DNA of 64,000 nucleotides from Escherichia coli (GTDB lineage Bacteria; Pseudomonadota; Gammaproteobacteria; Enterobacterales; Enterobacteriaceae): NCBI RefSeq assembly GCF_022846255.1, contig NZ_AP025682.1; one strand, 5' to 3'. Shown piece by piece: positions 59,114 to 64,000 of this stretch (position 1 is its first letter; each line of letters starts with the position of its first letter). The notes under the pieces were generated by a model. It saw only the letters and a program-made list of their open reading frames with translations, ran no database searches and was not told where the DNA came from. The position numbers and the translations under genes were made by a program.

Positions 59114-59801
59114 AGAACATCATCCTGGCCACCAGCGGCGAAACCAATACCATCAATACACCTGAAAGCATCATGACCAGGCTTGCAACTACGCCTTCTT
59201 GTTGACCCAGTTCATACGACCGCGCAGTCCCGGCACCATGAGATGCCGCGCCGAATCCAGCACCTTTCGCCATCCCTTCGCGAATAGAGAGACGTAAAAA
59301 CAACACGTCGCCAATCGCCATGCCAAACACACCGGTGACCACCACAAACAGCGCCACCAGATCAGGCTGTCCGCCGAGCGACTGGCTCGCTGCCAAAGCA
59401 AATGGCGTAGTGACCGAACGCACCGCCAGGCTACGCTGGATCTCATCTGGCAGGGTAAACAATCGCGCCAGCCACACTGAGCTGGTCACTGCCACCACCG
59501 TTGCCGTCAGTACGCCTGCCGTCAACGACATCCAGTGACGCTTAATGATCGCCCGATTGTCATACACTGGTACCGCAAAGGCGATGGTGGCCGGACCTAA
59601 TAGCCATAGTAACCAGTGCGCTTCGCCAATATAGTTTTGCCAGGAAATATTGCCAAAAACCAGCAGCATAACCAGTAGCGTAGGCGTCAGCACCAGAGGC
59701 ATCAATGGCAATTTACGAAAGCGGCGATAAAGGCGTTTGTTAAGAAAATAGATAACTAGCGTAATTGCCAGACAGAGCATACTTAGCTGAAAATTAGCCA
59801 C
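59112..59801 (-). CDS. LrgB-family membrane protein (putative carboxylate transporter or murein-hydrolase-regulator subunit)
   Basis: ORF track 229 aa; polytopic; C-terminal half resembles LrgB/YohK (SVTTP...ASH..GTAR...QEG motifs). Confidence 0.7.
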   Translation of the reverse strand: MANFQLSMLCLAITLVIYFLNKRLYRRFRKLPLMPLVLTPTLLVMLLVFGNISWQNYIGEAHWLLWLLGPATIAFAVPVYDNRAIIKRHWMSLTAGVLTATVVAVTSSVWLARLFTLPDEIQRSLAVRSVTTPFALAASQSLGGQPDLVALFVVVTGVFGMAIGDVLFLRLSIREGMAKGAGFGAASHGAGTARSYELGQQEGVVASLVMMLSGVLMVLVSPLVARMMF

Positions 59802-60204
59802 GGTTTAACCTGCGCATTTCATAGCGAGAGACTTTTTCCACTACCCAGGCAGTCGTGCCCAGCACCATCACCGTACTCAGCGCGATCACAGCAAAAATAC
59901 GCCAGCCATCCACCAGTAATAGTTGTGCATAGTTCACCACAGCCACCACGGCAGGGACAAAAAACAGCAACATTTCGGCCAATAGCCAACGCGCCCCGGC
60001 TCGAACCCATTGCAGAGGAAGAATGCGACAAACAATCAGCGCCAGCATCAGGATCATCCCCACCAGGTTGGCAGGCAGCGGCAAATGCAGCCAGGAGACG
60101 AGATACTGCGCAAAAATAAATAAACCTGCATACAGCACAACCTGAAAAAATACCTGGATAGATTGCACTACGGCAGGGGTAATGCGGCGAAGCGCCACGG
60201 GCAT
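59794..60204 (-). CDS. LrgA/CidA-family small membrane protein (holin-like)
   Basis: ORF track 136 aa; four predicted TM segments; 8-nt overlap with the downstream LrgB-like gene. Confidence 0.65.
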   Translation of the reverse strand: MPVALRRITPAVVQSIQVFFQVVLYAGLFIFAQYLVSWLHLPLPANLVGMILMLALIVCRILPLQWVRAGARWLLAEMLLFFVPAVVAVVNYAQLLLVDGWRIFAVIALSTVMVLGTTAWVVEKVSRYEMRRLNRG

Positions 60205-60307
60205 GAGAGGATATCCTGAAAATAAAACAGAATGGTAAGTATAGAGAGCGCTCGCCCCTGACTGAAATGAATTAAAATCATTGCAGGTATAGTCAAAGGG
60301 AATAGTT

Positions 60308-61192
60308 ATGGATATCAGAACGCTGCGTTATTTTGTCGAAGTCGTGCGCCAGCAAAGCTTCACCCGCGCAGCGGAGAAGTTGTTTGTCACCCAACCAACT
60401 ATCAGCAAGATGCTGAAGAATCTCGAAGATGAGCTGAACTGTATATTGTTGATCCGCGATGGTCGTCGGCTGCTTCTCACTGATACTGGTCGCGTCGTAT
60501 TTGAGCGCGGGCTGGCTTTACTGGCTGAGTTTCGGCAACTGGAAGCTGAGCTTAGCGATATCAATCAGCTTAAAACCGGCGTTTTGCGGCTGGGAATCCC
60601 GCCGATGGTTGGGATGTTGATGGCCGGGCCGATTGGCCTTTTTCGCCAGCGTTACCCCGGCGTAGAATTGAAAATTTCGGAGTTTGGTGGTCTGACGGTA
60701 CAACAAGCGGTGATGAACGGTGAACTGGATATGGCACTGACAGCCCTGCCAGTAGAAGAAAGCGGCCTGACAACGTTATCGCTGTTTAGTCATCCACTAT
60801 GTGTACTGACGCCACATTCAGGTAAATGGCTTGAATGTGATGCCGTCTCACCGGAGACATTGGCGGAACATCCTCTACTTATCTATAACGAAGATTTTGC
60901 CTTAAGTAAGCAATTGATGAAGTTATTCGATGAACATGGCGTTAAGCCGAGAATTGCAGTTCGCAGCGGGCAATGGGATTTTCTCGCCGCGATGGTTCAG
61001 GCCGGTGTCGGAATAGCCATATTGCCGGAACCCATTTGCCAGCGATTAGATAAAAACACCTTAAAATGGCTACCGCTGGAAAGCGAACTAAGCTGGAAAT
61101 TAGGAATGATTTGGCGTGAGGGCGTTTACCTTTCCCACTCTGCCCACGCGTGGCTGAGCTGTTGTGAAGGATACTGGTTAACGCCAGAGTAA
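60308..61192 (+). CDS. LysR-type transcriptional regulator
   Basis: ORF track 294 aa; N-terminal HTH (FTRAAEKLFVTQPTISKMLKNLE) and LysR substrate-binding domain; divergent from the LrgA/B-like pair. Confidence 0.8.
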   Translation: MDIRTLRYFVEVVRQQSFTRAAEKLFVTQPTISKMLKNLEDELNCILLIRDGRRLLLTDTGRVVFERGLALLAEFRQLEAELSDINQLKTGVLRLGIPPMVGMLMAGPIGLFRQRYPGVELKISEFGGLTVQQAVMNGELDMALTALPVEESGLTTLSLFSHPLCVLTPHSGKWLECDAVSPETLAEHPLLIYNEDFALSKQLMKLFDEHGVKPRIAVRSGQWDFLAAMVQAGVGIAILPEPICQRLDKNTLKWLPLESELSWKLGMIWREGVYLSHSAHAWLSCCEGYWLTPE

Positions 61193-61196
61193 GTCG

Positions 61197-61220
61197 GGTT
61201 GGCGGGCTCGCCCGCCAACC
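61197..61220. terminator. perfect 11-nt inverted repeat between the convergent LysR-type gene and yjcE
   Basis: ggttggcgggc-tc-gcccgccaacc; GC-rich; no clean T-run on either side. Confidence 0.45.
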
Positions 61221-61227
61221 ATGCAGA

Positions 61228-62877
61228 TTACTGATTTTCCTCAATCAGCAACGCTTCAAGCAAATCGAGATCGTGCAGTAATTTTTGCAGCGTTTCGTTA
61301 CTGATCTCCCGCGTGGCGCGCAGGTGGTACAGTTCAGCACGTTCAGAACGCAATGCCGCCAGACGGAAGCGACGCTCCAGGTTCTCTTCCAGGATTGAAC
61401 TTTCTACATCATTACGTCCATCGGCGCGACGACGCAGGTTACCAATGACGCGAGAACTAACCTCTGTGAGCAGCTGGTTATCGATATTCTCTTCGGTATC
61501 CGCCGCCAAACGCTCCTCCATTTTCTGGATCGCCACAATCGCCACTTCTGCCGTTGCCGCTCGTGCAATACGTTCCTCTTTCAATTGTTGCGAATGGTCC
61601 GCGACTTCTATGTGTTGTAGCAGAATAGGCAACATCACCACGCCGACAAACAACGAGAAGAGAATGACGCCAGCCGCCAGGAACACCAACTCATAGCGCG
61701 CAGGGAAGACGTTACCATCCGGCAAGAGAAGCGGTATAGAGAGCACACCGGCCAGAGTGATCGCCCCACGCACCCCGGCGAAAGACGCGATCAGGATTTC
61801 TCGTGTAGTCCACGAACCAAACTCCATCGGCTTCTTCTTCAGGAAGCGGTTGCTGAACTTTTTCATCGTCCACAGCCAGCCGAAACGGACCAGCATCAGC
61901 GCCGCATATATCAGAATAATATCGGTAAACAGCATCCAGATTTCGACGTTAGGGTCGATTTCTGCCGCCATCAGCGACGTCTCCAGAATCCCCGGCAACT
62001 GCAGACCTAACAGCAGGAACACCATGCCGTTAAAGACAAATTCCAGCATCGCCCAGGTGCTGTTTGCGCGCAGGCGCATTGCCAGCGGCGCACGGCGCAT
62101 CACACCGGAGCGGGTGATGGTCATCCCGGCGGCAACCGCAGCGAGGATGCCGGAAACGCCAATATGTTCCGCAATCAGATAAGAAGCGAATGGCAGCAAG
62201 AACAGCAGAACGATCTGCGTCGCGGGTTCATCACCGCCCCAGCGGCTGAGGAATCGCAGCGAGCGACCATACAGCCAGCTCACCACAAAACCGGCGAGAA
62301 TACCGCCTATTGCCACTTTCATAAATTCGACCGTCGCACCGCCGACGGTGAAGATCATTGTCCCCATCGCCACTGCCACGGCAAACTTCAACGACACCAG
62401 GCCGGAGGCGTCATTCATCAACGCTTCGCCCTGCAAAATGCCCATGATTTTTTTCGGGATGCGCCCCTCGCCAACAATCCCGGAGAGCGCTACAGCATCG
62501 GTCGGAGAAAGCACCGCAGCCAGCGCAAAGGCGGGGATCAGCGGAATGCCCGGCACCACCCAGTAAATAAGGAAGCCAATGCCGACCACGGTGACCACCA
62601 CCAGCGCCAGCGCGAGGCCGAAAATCTCTCGCCCATGTTCGAGAAATTCACGGGTCGGCGTTTTCCAGCCATCAGCGAACAGCAACGGCGGGATAAACAA
62701 GACTAAAAAGAGTTCAGGATCAAACTCCACATGCAAACCAAACGTCGGCCACGCCAGTAGCGCACCGATGGCGATTTGCATAAGCGGAAGCGGGATCTGA
62801 AAGGGCATGACACGAGTGACCACCCCGGACAGCGAGACCACGAGGGTCATTATCAGTATGGTGAAGAAGATTTCCAT
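61228..62877 (-). CDS. yjcE: Na+/H+ exchanger-family transporter (CPA1)
   Basis: ORF track 549 aa. Confidence 0.88.
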   Translation of the reverse strand: MEIFFTILIMTLVVSLSGVVTRVMPFQIPLPLMQIAIGALLAWPTFGLHVEFDPELFLVLFIPPLLFADGWKTPTREFLEHGREIFGLALALVVVTVVGIGFLIYWVVPGIPLIPAFALAAVLSPTDAVALSGIVGEGRIPKKIMGILQGEALMNDASGLVSLKFAVAVAMGTMIFTVGGATVEFMKVAIGGILAGFVVSWLYGRSLRFLSRWGGDEPATQIVLLFLLPFASYLIAEHIGVSGILAAVAAGMTITRSGVMRRAPLAMRLRANSTWAMLEFVFNGMVFLLLGLQLPGILETSLMAAEIDPNVEIWMLFTDIILIYAALMLVRFGWLWTMKKFSNRFLKKKPMEFGSWTTREILIASFAGVRGAITLAGVLSIPLLLPDGNVFPARYELVFLAAGVILFSLFVGVVMLPILLQHIEVADHSQQLKEERIARAATAEVAIVAIQKMEERLAADTEENIDNQLLTEVSSRVIGNLRRRADGRNDVESSILEENLERRFRLAALRSERAELYHLRATREISNETLQKLLHDLDLLEALLIEENQ

Positions 62878-62981
62878 GCGTTCCCTGTTTGCGATGTTTT
62901 TTATGATCTGAGAAAGGCGTTATGCCTGAATTCTCATTTTTTCAGAATATCGCAAAAGCTCACACAATGTGCGGAGAAAAT

Positions 62982-63010
62982 AAAAACGGGCAGCCATTGC
63001 CACCCGTTTT
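62982..63010 (-). terminator. hairpin flanked by A-run and T-run downstream of ghxP
   Basis: aaaaacgggcagccattgccacccgtttt. Confidence 0.55.
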
Positions 63011-63027
63011 CAGAATCCTATGTAAGA

Positions 63028-64000
63028 TTAGATAGCCCAGCCACCCGCATAGAAGGTCACCAGCGCCACGGCAATAACGACCGTACCGATGTTCAACTTG
63101 CGCCATTCGCCGGAAACCAGACGACCAATCACCAGAGTCGCGAAGCCAATCATGATGCCTGTTACGATGTTACAGGTCAGCACGATGAATACCGCCGTAA
63201 CCAGACCCGCCATCGCATCAACAAAATCAGCAAAGTCGATTTTCGCCACGTTGCTCAGCATCAGCAGGCCGACGTACATCAGCGCCGGAGCCGTTGCGTA
63301 CCCCGGAACGAGGTAAGAGAGCGGAGAGAGGAACAGAATCAGCAGGAACAGCACGCCAACAGTGATAGCCGTCAAACCGGTTTTACCGCCCGCCGCCGTA
63401 CCCGCCGCAGACTCGATGTATACCGCTGCCGGAGCTGCACCCACGAGGCCAGAAAAAACGCTGCTCATGGAGTCGGTGGTCAGTGCTTTCCCGCCGTCGA
63501 TGATCTGCCCATCTTTATCCAGCAGGTTCGCCTGACCGGCGACGGCACGGATAGTTCCGGTGGCATCAAATACTGCCGTCATCACCAGTGCCAGAACACT
63601 TGGCAGGACTACAGGATTCAGCGCACCCATAATGTCCAGGCTGCCTATCAGTGAATTGCCGTTTTCATCGCTCAATGAAGGCATGGCGAAAACGCCGGAG
63701 AAATGGACGTTAGGATCGAAGATCAAACCGACAATTGAGATACCGATAATGGTCAGCAGAATGCCACCAGGGACTTTCAGTTTTTCCAGGCCGATAATCA
63801 CTGCCAGCCCCACCAACGACATCATCACCGGAAAGGTCGTGAAATCCCCCAGCGCGACGGGCAGACCATCAAGTGGGTTTTTAATCACCAGACCGACACC
63901 ATTAGCAGCAATCAGCAGCAGGAACAGACCGATACCAATCCCCGTGCCGTGCGCCACACCGTGCGGCAAGTTGCGCAAAATCCAGCTACGGATACCCGTG
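63028..64000 (-). CDS. ghxP: guanine/hypoxanthine permease (NCS2 family), C-terminal part; gene continues past the window end
   Basis: ORF track 63028..63978 is truncated by the window; frame stays open to the window edge. Confidence 0.8.
   Translation of the reverse strand, partial: TGIRSWILRNLPHGVAHGTGIGIGLFLLLIAANGVGLVIKNPLDGLPVALGDFTTFPVMMSLVGLAVIIGLEKLKVPGGILLTIIGISIVGLIFDPNVHFSGVFAMPSLSDENGNSLIGSLDIMGALNPVVLPSVLALVMTAVFDATGTIRAVAGQANLLDKDGQIIDGGKALTTDSMSSVFSGLVGAAPAAVYIESAAGTAAGGKTGLTAITVGVLFLLILFLSPLSYLVPGYATAPALMYVGLLMLSNVAKIDFADFVDAMAGLVTAVFIVLTCNIVTGIMIGFATLVIGRLVSGEWRKLNIGTVVIAVALVTFYAGGWAI

Overview
The window reads as an Escherichia coli chromosomal segment that is co-linear with the K-12 mel-adi-bas-proP-phn-als-mdt-fdhF-nrf-acs-yjcE region, in reverse orientation. 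In window order: partial membrane-protein ORF (yjdF-like) | melA(-) melR(+) | adiA adiY adiC | eptA basR basS | pmrR(-) proP(-) | yjcZ crfC(-) | yjdM yjdN | phnCDEFGHIJKLMNOP | yjdP rpiB(-) | rpiR alsB alsA alsC alsE alsK | yjcS ytcA mdtN mdtO mdtP | fdhF (selenocysteine) yjcO | gltP nrfGFEDCBA(-) | acs yjcH actP | LrgB-like and LrgA-like(-) with a divergent LysR-type regulator(+) | yjcE ghxP(-, partial). Gene calls rest on the supplied ORF track plus my recognition of the translated proteins; starts were trimmed where the ORF track over-extends. I saw no rRNA, tRNA, CRISPR array or IS element. Three points differ from what I remember of K-12 and are the most interesting: (1) an LrgA/LrgB-like membrane pair with a LysR regulator sits where K-12 has yjcF, between actP and yjcE; (2) melB is absent, with a convergent ORF ending 4 nt inside the melA stop; (3) phnE is intact. 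The 29-codon pmrR gene (below the ORF-track size cutoff) and the fdhF in-frame UGA with its SECIS hairpin are also annotated. Sequence identity was judged by eye from memory, and no search or alignment was run.
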